Shown here piece by piece: positions 21,864-31,384 of a stretch of 64,000 nucleotides of DNA (position 1 is the stretch's first letter; each line of letters opens with the position of its first letter). Under the pieces are notes generated by a model. It saw nothing but the letters and a program-made list of their open reading frames with translations. It was not told where the DNA came from and ran no database searches. The position numbers were made by a program, and so were the translations under genes. Origin of the DNA: Bacteroidota bacterium (GTDB lineage Bacteria; Bacteroidota; Bacteroidia; Cytophagales; Cyclobacteriaceae); contig JBBCGZ010000003.1 of assembly GCA_037200305.1 (NCBI GenBank), positions 85,657 to 149,656 of the forward strand. Direction: 5' to 3'.

Positions 21864-22856
21864 TTAACTAAGATTCGGTATTGGCGATGCATCCAATAGA
21901 CTGAACTCTTTTCTTAAAAATTTTAAATGCGCCGCCATCGCGATCATTGCGGCATTGTCTGTGCAATATTCCAAAGGAAGTGTATACACATTCCAGTCCT
22001 TCTGATCCTTCATTACTTTTCTTAAACCCGAGTTTGCGGAAACGCCACCGGCGATAGCCACCCGCGTTATTCCTTCCAGTATTGTCGCCAGTTTCAGAGG
22101 GCGCATCAACGTTTCAATTAGTGTTGCTTGAAGCGAAGCACAAATGTCGTTTAGATTCTTTTCGATAAACTCAGGATCTTTTGCTTTCTGATCCCTTATA
22201 AAATATAGGAATGCTGTTTTAACACCGCTGAATGAATAGTCAAGCCCGGGCATTTCACTTATTGGAAAGGTGAATCGACGCCCGTTCCCGTCTTTAGCAT
22301 ACTTGTCGATTAATGGTCCACCGGGATATGGAAGTCCCAATATTTTCGCCGCTTTGTCGAAAGCCTCTCCTACCGCATCGTCTCTTGTTTCGCCGATAAC
22401 TTTAAGATCATTGTAATCACTTACGAGAACTATTTGGGTATGGCCGCCGCTTACTGTAAGGCATAAGAATGGGAAACCAGGCGGATTATCGCTTATAAAA
22501 TGTGCCAGCACATGAGCTTCCATATGGTTCACTTCGATCAACGGACGATTCAGCGCGACGGCCAGCCCTTTGGCGAACGAGGCCCCAACGAGAAGCGCCC
22601 CCATGAGTCCGGGGCCGCGGGTGTAGGCGACAGCGTCGAGATCGTGCTGCGATATACCTGCCGACACCATCGCGTCGTTAACAACATGGAGAATATTTTT
22701 CTGATGAGCCCGGGAGGCAAGTTCGGGCACCACACCACCGTATTTCTGGTGGACATTTTGCGACGCAATAACATTATTGAGTACCTTGCCGTTCCGAATA
22801 ATCGCAGCCGAAGTTTCATCACAAGAAGACTCAATGGCAAGGATAACAGGCTGCAT
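21864..22856 (-). CDS. tsaD: tRNA N6-threonylcarbamoyltransferase TsaD
   Basis: ILAIESSCDETSAA, GGVVPELASRAH, HMEAH, DDAVGEAFDK, CTDNAAMIA. Confidence 0.97.
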   Translation of the reverse strand: MQPVILAIESSCDETSAAIIRNGKVLNNVIASQNVHQKYGGVVPELASRAHQKNILHVVNDAMVSAGISQHDLDAVAYTRGPGLMGALLVGASFAKGLAVALNRPLIEVNHMEAHVLAHFISDNPPGFPFLCLTVSGGHTQIVLVSDYNDLKVIGETRDDAVGEAFDKAAKILGLPYPGGPLIDKYAKDGNGRRFTFPISEMPGLDYSFSGVKTAFLYFIRDQKAKDPEFIEKNLNDICASLQATLIETLMRPLKLATILEGITRVAIAGGVSANSGLRKVMKDQKDWNVYTLPLEYCTDNAAMIAMAAHLKFLRKEFSLLDASPIPNLS

Positions 22857-22867
22857 ACGACACGAAA

Positions 22868-25800
22868 ATGAGGTGGCAAGTTATCAAAATTCGGGTGTTC
22901 CGGTGGATCCGAAATATTGTGCTGTACAGCATATATGTCGCCATTGTGTTCGTCCTTACCGGGTTTCTCTTACTACAAATTCCTTCCGTTCAGAAAGCTC
23001 TCATTGAACGATACACTGGTGACCTTAAAGAAGTCATTGGGTTCAACGTAACCTTCTCTTCCATCAACCTCAGGTGGTACGACCGCATGGTTGTAAAGAA
23101 CCTGGTTATCGAAGACCCGGAGCATAATGCGATGATCAGGGTCGGCGACCTGAGAGTGAACTTTCGGCTGGCCAGTCTCTGGGAAAACAAAGAGATCAAT
23201 ATAGACGGCGCTGCGGTCGACAGCGCGTCGGTAAATATCAAGACCATACAGGAAACCGACAGCACCCGCGATCTCAACATCAACGTATTCATCGATCGCA
23301 TCAATAACATGTCGACAAGCACGGGGACCGGCAAGAGCACGAAGCTCAATATCGGTGAGATCGTTCTTGATCGGTCTCAGTTCATTTACAACCAGGCCGA
23401 CTCAGACTCCATCAAGGAAGGTTTCGACTACAAACATTTCAAGCTTGCCCTGAATGACGGCGAACTCACGAGCTTCAAGGTGATTGGCGACACCATACAG
23501 TTTCAACTGAACTCACTCACGGCAGTGGACGCTGCCACCAAGCTCGATGTAAAAAGTCTGCAGACGTTCTTCCGGATCTCGCAAACAAACATGGAGTTTC
23601 TTGGCCTGCATGCGAAGGCAGGCCGGAGTGTGATCTCCGACACGATCATATTTTCTTATAACAGCCAGCGCGACTTCAGTGATTTCAACAATAAGGTCAG
23701 CTTCAATGTGCTGTTGAAAGACACATACCTCCATCCTGCCGATCTTGAATTGTTTGCTCCAGGGGCGAAAGCAATTGGTCAACCCGTAACTCTCAGTGGA
23801 AAGCTCTCCGGCCGCGTGAACAGACTTCATTACACCGACATGGATCTTCGTGTGGGCAACACAATACTGAGAGGCTCAGTTGACATGGATGGTCTTCCAT
23901 CGATCAACGAAACATTCATTCGCCTGAAGGTCGATCGCAGTCGCGTCGACATTGATGATCTTCATTTTGCCTTCGATGACTTCGTTTACGAACGACTGAA
24001 GCCATTAGGTGATCTGAATATCCTGGGAACATTCACCGGCTTCACCAACGACTTCGTAGCGGATGCAACGTTGGATGGCCGACTCGGCTGGATCCGTTCA
24101 AATGTCAACCTGAAAGTAAATGAAAAGAATGTTGACAAGACTTTGTATAAAGGCGGGATAGAACTCCGCGACTTCAGGATGGGGAGATATTTCAACGACA
24201 CCACCAGGTTCCAGGATGTAACGCTCCATGGAAATATCGCTGGTCGCGGTCTTACGTATGAGTCGGCCGATTTCACCCTGGTGGGAACAGTCAACTCCGT
24301 TGGCATTATGGGATATGATTATGTGAACATCAACACCAATGCCCGCTTTGCGAAACAATTCTTTTCGGGTTCGATAAAGATCGACGATCCGAATCTTCGA
24401 TTTAACGCCGAAGGATCGATCGACTTCCGGAGTGACAGAGACATTGTGCAGATACAAGCCAATCTCGATACCGCTCTCGTTCACAAGCTCGGTTTTTCGA
24501 AGAAAGATCTCGCCATCAGCTCGTATGTTGACATCAACTCACATGGCCTGCAGGTGGACAGTTTGTTTGGCGACGCATTGTTCAAGAACACCAAGATCCA
24601 TTATAACCAAAAGTTTATCGAGCTCGACTCGATGCATCTTATCTCGGAACAGAAAGATCTCGAGAGGCATATCACCTTTCGAAGCTCGTTGTTCGATGCT
24701 TCGATGAAAGGAAATTATTATTACTCAACACTCTTCTCCGATTTCACGAGACTGTTCCAGGAGCTGATGCTGAGTATACGCAACGACAAGAATGCAATCG
24801 CAGCATACTACAATAGCAAACGCAAGAGTACGCAGGAGTACCAGGCGAATATTGAAATCGACCTTCACGACATCAATCCTTTGATGACATTGGCAGGCAT
24901 CGACCTGAAGTTGAACCATGGTCCGAAGATCGAAGGACGTTTCACGAATGGGCAGACTTCGATACTCCAGGCTTTCACCAACATCGACACCATTACCTAC
25001 CAGGGCAAAACTTTCATCGGCAACGATATTGAATTCACAGGTTCGAAAATACGCGACAGTGCCAATGTGCTTGCGATGGCCACTATACAATCGAAGCGAC
25101 AGCTATTATCGAAAGCGCTTACCACCAACAATCTTTTACTTGAAGGGATTTGGAATCGTGATCACGTAGATCTTGGGCTGGATGTCGACCAGGAAGGGTT
25201 CAGCAACAAAGTAAGACTTCGTACAGAGGTTGACTTTCTATACGACAGCACGATGATCAAAGTGCTGCCGTCGAGGATACTGGCACTCGATCGAGAGTGG
25301 GTTGTTGATCAGAAGAACTACATCCTCTTCCGCGGAAAAGAGTTCACAGTCAGAAATCTAAGGATCCATAACGATCAGCAATCAATATTGATCGACGGTT
25401 TGATATCGGAAGACCCCGGAAAAGAATTGACGATGACGGTGAGTAATCTGAATCTCGACATCATCAACACGTTTAGTACCGAGAAGTTTATGGGCACACT
25501 CAACGCTACGCTCGTTGGGAAAGATCTTCATCACAGGCCATTCATTCAGAATGACATCGATGTGGTGGCCTTAACGGTAAACGACTTCCTGATCGGCGAT
25601 GTGGACGGAAAGAACGAGTGGAACCCGGAGAAACAAAAGTTTGATATTAGTTTTTCGATAGACCGTTTGCATGAACGAACACTCGTGCTCACAGGAATCT
25701 ATGACCCCGAAGCAAAGACGGACCCGCTGGATGTAAAAGCCGAGCTTAATAATACTCGTCTTAAGATGTTGGAACCGGTGCTACGTGGGCTGTTCTCCGA

Positions 25801-27460
25801 AATCGACGGAGAGCTTACAGGTGTATACCAGATCCGCGGTACATTCTTCAGTCCCGCTTTAAGCGGAAAAGGAAAAGTAAAAGACGGCAAACTCAAGGTT
25901 GATTATCTCAGCACTTTGTACTCATTCAATGGTGAATTGGGGATGTCGCCCGACAAGATCATATTCGACAACATCGAGATGATCGATGCTTATCAAAACA
26001 AAGGCACATTGCACGGATACGTCGCGCATAAGAATTTCAACAAGTTTGTGATAGACCTCGATGGTGACTTCGTCAACTTCCAGGTGCTGAACACAACGAG
26101 CAAAGACAATGATCTTTTTTACGGACAAGGTTATGCAACGGGCAGCATGAACATCTTCGGACCATCGTCGAACTTAAAGATCTCTGCAAACGCGAGAACA
26201 GAAAAGAACACGAAGATCTACATACCGATCAGTGGCACCTCCGAAGTCGACAAGAAAGACTTCATTACATTCGCTCACTTCACTGATAGTCTTTCGATAT
26301 CTGGCGGCCAGAAAAAGAAGGCTATCAAGAAAACGTTGACCGGTGTAACGGTTGATATCAATCTCGACATCACTCCTGCCGCCTACGCGGAGATCATCTT
26401 CGACATCAAAGCTGGTGACATCATTCGCGGTCGTGGCAACGGCGATCTTCGTCTGCAGCTCGACACCAAAGGTGAGTTCAATATGTTTGGAGGGATCCGC
26501 TTCACGGAAGGTGCGTATAACTTCACGCTATACAATATCATCAACAAGGAGTTCAACATTAAGCCGGGCAGCCAGCTGCTGTGGTATGGCGATCCTTATG
26601 CGGGCATCATGAACATCACAGCCGGTTACCGGCAGCTGGCGTCGCTGGCACCGATCTATGATAAGGATTTGGATGCCCAAACAGATCCCGCGATTAAACG
26701 CAAGTATCCGATCGAAGTGCAGTTAAAGCTCGACGGCCCCATGTTGTCGCCGCAGTTTGTATTCGATCTTGTGGCTACCGATCTGCCGTCTACTGTCTCT
26801 CTCACCAATGGTACCTCGAGACGACTCAGCTTCGACTTCGCTGCATTCAAGACCCGTTTGGACGAACAGGAACTTAAGCGACAAGTTTTTTCGCTGATCA
26901 TCTTGCGAAAACTGTCACCACTCGATGCATTCAGTACCAGTGGTTCGCTGGCCAACAGCGTTAGCGAGTTGTTGTCGAACCAGCTTAGTTATTGGCTTAC
27001 ACAGATGGATCAGAACCTGGAGATCGATCTTGATCTAGGCGCGCTCGACACAGAAGCGTTCAACACATTTCAGTTACGACTATCGTATTCGTTCTTAAAC
27101 GGCCGGCTTCGCGTTACGCGCAACGGATCTATCTATTCACAAAACCCCGCACAGCAACAGAGTGTAGCGGCGATGGCCGGCGACTGGACCGTTGATTATC
27201 TTTTGACGCCTGATGGAAAATTCAGGGTGAAGATGTACAGTCGCTCGACCTTCAACGCGATCTCGAGCTCACTCGGTGCACAGACTGCCGTGACGACCGG
27301 TTTCAGCTTGATGCACACCCAGAGTTTCAATGAAGTGAGAGATCTTTTACGCGGCGCGCGAGACAGGCGGCGAAAAGAACTGGAGTTGGAAAGGGAAGTA
27401 AATGATTTGGATTCACTGGCCGAACTCGTGCCTGTTCCGAAATCTGGTGGAAACAACTAG
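22868..27460 (+). CDS. tamB: Translocation/assembly module TamB (DUF490) protein
   Basis: 1530 aa, N-terminal TM helix, long beta-rich body, C-terminal GDIIRGRGNG...G.YNFTL...WYGDPY. Divergent from tsaD as is usual in Bacteroidota. Confidence 0.85.
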   Translation: MRWQVIKIRVFRWIRNIVLYSIYVAIVFVLTGFLLLQIPSVQKALIERYTGDLKEVIGFNVTFSSINLRWYDRMVVKNLVIEDPEHNAMIRVGDLRVNFRLASLWENKEINIDGAAVDSASVNIKTIQETDSTRDLNINVFIDRINNMSTSTGTGKSTKLNIGEIVLDRSQFIYNQADSDSIKEGFDYKHFKLALNDGELTSFKVIGDTIQFQLNSLTAVDAATKLDVKSLQTFFRISQTNMEFLGLHAKAGRSVISDTIIFSYNSQRDFSDFNNKVSFNVLLKDTYLHPADLELFAPGAKAIGQPVTLSGKLSGRVNRLHYTDMDLRVGNTILRGSVDMDGLPSINETFIRLKVDRSRVDIDDLHFAFDDFVYERLKPLGDLNILGTFTGFTNDFVADATLDGRLGWIRSNVNLKVNEKNVDKTLYKGGIELRDFRMGRYFNDTTRFQDVTLHGNIAGRGLTYESADFTLVGTVNSVGIMGYDYVNINTNARFAKQFFSGSIKIDDPNLRFNAEGSIDFRSDRDIVQIQANLDTALVHKLGFSKKDLAISSYVDINSHGLQVDSLFGDALFKNTKIHYNQKFIELDSMHLISEQKDLERHITFRSSLFDASMKGNYYYSTLFSDFTRLFQELMLSIRNDKNAIAAYYNSKRKSTQEYQANIEIDLHDINPLMTLAGIDLKLNHGPKIEGRFTNGQTSILQAFTNIDTITYQGKTFIGNDIEFTGSKIRDSANVLAMATIQSKRQLLSKALTTNNLLLEGIWNRDHVDLGLDVDQEGFSNKVRLRTEVDFLYDSTMIKVLPSRILALDREWVVDQKNYILFRGKEFTVRNLRIHNDQQSILIDGLISEDPGKELTMTVSNLNLDIINTFSTEKFMGTLNATLVGKDLHHRPFIQNDIDVVALTVNDFLIGDVDGKNEWNPEKQKFDISFSIDRLHERTLVLTGIYDPEAKTDPLDVKAELNNTRLKMLEPVLRGLFSEIDGELTGVYQIRGTFFSPALSGKGKVKDGKLKVDYLSTLYSFNGELGMSPDKIIFDNIEMIDAYQNKGTLHGYVAHKNFNKFVIDLDGDFVNFQVLNTTSKDNDLFYGQGYATGSMNIFGPSSNLKISANARTEKNTKIYIPISGTSEVDKKDFITFAHFTDSLSISGGQKKKAIKKTLTGVTVDINLDITPAAYAEIIFDIKAGDIIRGRGNGDLRLQLDTKGEFNMFGGIRFTEGAYNFTLYNIINKEFNIKPGSQLLWYGDPYAGIMNITAGYRQLASLAPIYDKDLDAQTDPAIKRKYPIEVQLKLDGPMLSPQFVFDLVATDLPSTVSLTNGTSRRLSFDFAAFKTRLDEQELKRQVFSLIILRKLSPLDAFSTSGSLANSVSELLSNQLSYWLTQMDQNLEIDLDLGALDTEAFNTFQLRLSYSFLNGRLRVTRNGSIYSQNPAQQQSVAAMAGDWTVDYLLTPDGKFRVKMYSRSTFNAISSSLGAQTAVTTGFSLMHTQSFNEVRDLLRGARDRRRKELELEREVNDLDSLAELVPVPKSGGNN

Positions 27461-27463
27461 GCA

Positions 27464-28327
27464 ATGAGATATTTTTTACTCTTGCTTTTTTTTCCTTTGA
27501 TCTCACAAGCACAAACAGATTCTACTGTCAACAAGAAAAAGTTAATCATCGCTTCTACAAGTGTCGGTGTTGCTTACGGTGCGTCGATGGTTGTGCTGGG
27601 TAATGCATGGTATAGCGATGCACCAAAGACATTGTTTCATTTTTTTAATGACGCGCCTGAGTGGAAGCAGATGGATAAGGCCGGCCATTTCTTTTCGGGA
27701 TTTCATTTGTCCGACAATGCGTCGATGGTGCTTCGAAGCTGTAATGTGTCTAAGAGAAAATCGGATATTATAGGAGCGGTGACAGGTGCTGTGATCATGT
27801 CGTCGATTGAAGTATTCGATGGATATTCGGCAGCGTACGGAGCATCGGCATCGGATGTCGCTGCGAATCTAACTGGTAGTTTGTTTTACCTCGGCCAATC
27901 GTGGGCGTGGAACGAAGTACGGATCCATCCCAAGTTTTCATTTCATCACACGTCGTTGTCGAAACAACGTCCGGATGTACTGGGCAGCGGGATGTCGGAG
28001 ATGCTGAAGAATTACAATGGTCAGACTTTATGGTTGTCGGTCGATGTTGCGAAGTTTGTCAGGAATTCGAAGTGGCCGAAATGGTTGAGCGTAGCTGGTG
28101 GATACGGCGCGGAAAATATGTTGTACGCGCGCGATAGCCAAAATCTCGCTGCTGGGCTAAAACCCTACAGGCAATATTATTTAAGCCTGGATGTCGATCT
28201 CACTGCCATTCCCGTGCGATCGAAATTTCTGAAAACGGTGTTCAAACTCGTGAACATGATCAAAGTGCCGGCCCCGGCGCTCGAATTCTCGAGTCATGGC
28301 GTTAAAGCCCACGCTTTATATTTCTGA
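27464..28327 (+). CDS. DUF2279 / YfiM-like exported protein
   Basis: Signal peptide; WKQMDKAGHF, IEVFDGYS, YNGQTLWLS, RQYYLSLDVDL. Confidence 0.8.
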   Translation: MRYFLLLLFFPLISQAQTDSTVNKKKLIIASTSVGVAYGASMVVLGNAWYSDAPKTLFHFFNDAPEWKQMDKAGHFFSGFHLSDNASMVLRSCNVSKRKSDIIGAVTGAVIMSSIEVFDGYSAAYGASASDVAANLTGSLFYLGQSWAWNEVRIHPKFSFHHTSLSKQRPDVLGSGMSEMLKNYNGQTLWLSVDVAKFVRNSKWPKWLSVAGGYGAENMLYARDSQNLAAGLKPYRQYYLSLDVDLTAIPVRSKFLKTVFKLVNMIKVPAPALEFSSHGVKAHALYF

Positions 28328-28371
28328 AAAAGAAGAAAAGTTTACGATCTTTATAAAGTAAACCCTGACTT

Positions 28372-28770
28372 ATGGACTTAAGAGCATTCATGCGTCGTTA
28401 CGCCGAAGAGATCGGTGGCGAGTACAACGAATATTCACCTGAATTTATCATTGCCATCGTTCCTGTATCCGGCGGACGCGCACAAACGGTCTTGGCAGAA
28501 ATTCGTAACAACGAGCTTTATAATCGCAAGCTGGTCACGTTCACTTCAAAAGTTTGCCCGGCGCAGAATGAGATCGATTATCGTTCGCTCCTTGCACAAA
28601 CGAGCTTCTTAAACTACAGCCGGTTTGTTATCGCCGAAAATTACTTGCAGGTGCAGGCAGTTGCGCCTTATGATAACATTGGTGAAGGTGCTGTGAAGGA
28701 GATGCTACAGGAAGTGGCTAACGTGGCCGATCAGTTTGAGCTGAAGATCACTGGCGCGGATGTCCAGTAA
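28372..28770 (+). CDS. Hypothetical protein, YbjN / type III chaperone-like fold suspected
   Basis: 132 aa acidic protein with GRAQTV and C-terminal EVANVADQFELKITGAD. Confidence 0.55.
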   Translation: MDLRAFMRRYAEEIGGEYNEYSPEFIIAIVPVSGGRAQTVLAEIRNNELYNRKLVTFTSKVCPAQNEIDYRSLLAQTSFLNYSRFVIAENYLQVQAVAPYDNIGEGAVKEMLQEVANVADQFELKITGADVQ

Positions 28771-28793
28771 GTGAAAAGTGAATAGTGAAAAGT
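28771..28793. repeat. Heptamer tandem repeat at a convergent gene junction
   Basis: GTGAAAA GTGAATA GTGAAAA GT. Confidence 0.6.
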
Positions 28794-28799
28794 TATCGT

Positions 28800-29486
28800 T
28801 CACTTGATATCGAAATGATCGTAAAAATCAGTTTCGGGCCGTAAGTCCAACCATTCCTTCCTGTTCTTATCCAAGTCTTCAAAAGTAAATCCCCCGATCT
28901 GTTCTTGTGTAAACCTCAATGAATTATTGTGGTCGGGTTTCTTCGTGATGATCCCCAGGCCCTGGTCTGTGTCCAATACGAAGGCCGTAAGATCTTTCCG
29001 GATGCTGCGGATGTGAAGGATCGCCTTCCATACGTCGCCATTCCAGATACCCGTGAATCCTCGTTTCTCGTATTCTGCAAAATTCACTTCCGCTTCTTTA
29101 TCCTTGGGACTGCAATCATGAACAACAATTACTCCGTCGTCTGAAAGATATTTCACGGTGTTCTCGATATCGCGAAGGGCATACGCATACTCGTGCATGC
29201 CGTCGATCAGAGAGATCTCGACTTCTTTATCGTTAAACACGTCGGTGGCGTCTTCGGCGAAGAATGCATCGCTGGTCTTACTGTAGTATTGATTATATAA
29301 GTTGTATGGATTAACGAGTGTCTTACCTGCTTTGCGCGACGCGTCGAAACGGAATTCAGGATCTACGGCAACTTTGAATGTGCTTTTAATGCGAAAGAAA
29401 ATGTGGCCGTTGAACACCCCTATCTCAAGGTAGTTGTTGAGTTTTTTCTTTTTCATTAACGTCTGAATGATCTCGAGCCTATCCAT
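28800..29486 (-). CDS. Class I SAM-dependent methyltransferase (Methyltransf_24-like)
   Basis: YLEIGVFNG, VAVDP, TSDAFF, IDGMHEY, GVIVVHDC, WNGDVWK. Confidence 0.85.
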   Translation of the reverse strand: MDRLEIIQTLMKKKKLNNYLEIGVFNGHIFFRIKSTFKVAVDPEFRFDASRKAGKTLVNPYNLYNQYYSKTSDAFFAEDATDVFNDKEVEISLIDGMHEYAYALRDIENTVKYLSDDGVIVVHDCSPKDKEAEVNFAEYEKRGFTGIWNGDVWKAILHIRSIRKDLTAFVLDTDQGLGIITKKPDHNNSLRFTQEQIGGFTFEDLDKNRKEWLDLRPETDFYDHFDIK

Positions 29487-29512
29487 TTTTGTTTAAGGGT
29501 TATCGATAAAAT

Positions 29513-29903
29513 ATGCAAGCCTTATAAGCCGGGTTCTGTTTTCACGATTAAGTGAACTTCTATCATTTATCTAGTCCTTCCTTCGCAGAAAGGATCGAGC
29601 GACCTACCCGCCACGATAGCCGAAGCAAGACCGAGCAGATCATGATCGTGGCCTATTTGGTCTTACAACTCGTAAGGTTTACCATGCCCCCGATGTCACC
29701 ACCAGGGCGGTGGGCTCTTACTCCACCTTTTCACCTTTACCCCATCCGACACGTCGGCCGAGGAAGTCTGTTTTCTGTGGCACTGTCTGTTCCTGAAGCG
29801 ACGAAGTCTGCTTCGGGACCTTCCTGTTAGGAAGTACGATGCTCTATGTTGCCCGGACTTTCCTCTCTCAGCTTATGCTGACAGCGATAGAACCGGCTTG
29901 CAT
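29513..29903 (-). ncRNA. rnpB: RNase P RNA (bacterial type A)
   Basis: Minus strand has GAGGAAAGTCCGGGC near the 5' end and AACAGAACCCGGCTTA near the 3' end; the termini pair as P1 (ATGCAAGCC/GGCTTGCAT). Confidence 0.97.
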
Positions 29904-29907
29904 TGCA

Positions 29908-29915
29908 CAAATGTA
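29908..29915 (-). promoter_or_regulatory. Bacteroidota -7 promoter box for rnpB
   Basis: TACATTTG (TAnnTTTG) on the minus strand, 4 nt before the RNA 5' end. Confidence 0.7.
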
Positions 29916-29957
29916 ACAGAGATAATAGTGTAATGAAAATGAGATACCTTGCGCGCT

Positions 29958-31118
29958 ATGCCCAGTATACTCCTCATCGAAGACGAAGCTTCCATCAGAG
30001 CCGTGCTCAAAGACATCCTCAAAGATCAAAAAGAACTCAACCTCTCGGTTGAAGAAGCCCGTGATGGACAAGAAGGACTCGCGATGCTCGAGAATAAAAA
30101 CTTCGACGTTGTATTCTGCGATGTGAAGATGCCAAAGATGGACGGCATGGAAGTCTTACAGAAAGCAAAAGATAAAGGCATCGGAACAACATTCATCATG
30201 ATCTCTGCCCACGGCTCTACCGAAATGGCTGTCGATGCCACGAAGATGGGCGCTTACGACTTCCTTCAGAAGCCACCGGATCTCAATCGCCTTCTCATTA
30301 CACTCCGCAACGCTCTCGACAAAGGCAATCTCGTTCGCGAAACAAAGACGCTTCGAAAGAGAGTTGCCAGCAAGTTTCAAATGGTTGGCGAATCCAAAGA
30401 GATGGCGCAAGTACAAGAGATGATCTCGAAGGTTGCTCCTACGGACGCACGTGTGTTGATACTCGGACCCAACGGCTCCGGCAAAGAACTCGTTGCCCGT
30501 GCGATACATGAGAACAGTCCGCGTTCCAACGGAAGTTTTGTTGAGGTGAATTGCGCTGCCATTCCTTCAGAGCTCATCGAAAGTGAATTGTTCGGTCACG
30601 AAAAAGGATCGTTTACTTCAGCCATCAAACAACGCATCGGCAAATTCGAACAAGCCGACGGCGGTACGTTATTCCTCGATGAGATCGGCGACATGAGTGC
30701 TTCGGCCCAGGCAAAAGTTCTGCGTGCCCTCCAGGAAAATAAGATCACTCGCGTTGGTGGCGACAAAGACATCTCCGTGAACGTGAGAGTAGTTGCCGCT
30801 ACCAACAAAGACTTAAAAAAGGAGATCGCGGAGAATCGTTTCAGGGAAGATCTTTATCACCGGCTTGGTGTGATCATCATAAAAGTACCTGCGTTGAAAG
30901 ATCGCGCCGATGATATTCCATTACTCACAGAAAAATTCCTGGGCGACATCGCCGAAGAGTATGGAGCTAAGAAAAAGAGTATTGATAAAAAGGCGCTCGA
31001 CGAGCTAAAGAAACAATCGTGGTCTGGAAATATCCGGGAACTTCGAAATGTAGTAGAGAGACTCGTGATCATGAGCGATGACAAGATCACGGAAAACGAT
31101 GTGAAGAAGTATTGTTAG
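29958..31118 (+). CDS. Sigma54-type response regulator (REC + AAA+), no C-terminal HTH
   Basis: ILLIEDE, CDVKMP, GPNGSGKE, ELFGHEKGSFTSA, FREDLYHRL, WSGNIRELRN; the protein ends about 25 aa later. Confidence 0.9.
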   Translation: MPSILLIEDEASIRAVLKDILKDQKELNLSVEEARDGQEGLAMLENKNFDVVFCDVKMPKMDGMEVLQKAKDKGIGTTFIMISAHGSTEMAVDATKMGAYDFLQKPPDLNRLLITLRNALDKGNLVRETKTLRKRVASKFQMVGESKEMAQVQEMISKVAPTDARVLILGPNGSGKELVARAIHENSPRSNGSFVEVNCAAIPSELIESELFGHEKGSFTSAIKQRIGKFEQADGGTLFLDEIGDMSASAQAKVLRALQENKITRVGGDKDISVNVRVVAATNKDLKKEIAENRFREDLYHRLGVIIIKVPALKDRADDIPLLTEKFLGDIAEEYGAKKKSIDKKALDELKKQSWSGNIRELRNVVERLVIMSDDKITENDVKKYC

Positions 31119-31120
31119 AT

Positions 31121-31155
31121 CGTAAGATCTTCCGTAAGATCGTCCTTAGATCTTC
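31121..31155. repeat. About 12-nt tandem repeat at a convergent junction
   Basis: CGTAAGATCTTC CGTAAGATCGTC CTTAGATCTTC. Confidence 0.55.
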
Positions 31156-31265
31156 TTCTCAGCAACGGCCTGCTTCACCTCTTTCTTGCTATAAGTAGGG
31201 CAAGTGTAAGTGCTGCACGACGAAGCGATAGCTGCGATTACAACGATTGCGAGTACTTTCTTCAT
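31146..31265 (-). CDS. 39-aa small lipoprotein
   Basis: MKKVLAIVVIAAIASSC-STYTCPTYSKKEVKQAVAEKKI has a classic SPII signal with lipobox ASSC. It is the 3' half of ORF 31146..31382. Confidence 0.75.
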   Translation of the reverse strand: MKKVLAIVVIAAIASSCSTYTCPTYSKKEVKQAVAEKKI

Positions 31266-31365
31266 GACGGTGCGTTTATGTGTGGATAACGAACAAAAAT
31301 AGGATTCTTGTGGGGGAAAACAAATGCCGGGCTGACATAATTCCCGTTCACCGAGAAAAACGGCC

Positions 31366-31381
31366 TGCCTACCGGTAGGCA
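31366..31381. repeat. Perfect 16-bp palindrome (REP-like)
   Basis: TGCCTACCGGTAGGCA, within GGCCTGCCTACCGGTAGGCATGGC, 3 nt after the LuxE-family stop. Confidence 0.6.
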
Positions 31382-31384
31382 TGG

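Noticed and set aside
29552-29830. 92-aa ORF
   Set aside because: Lies antisense within the RNase P RNA gene.
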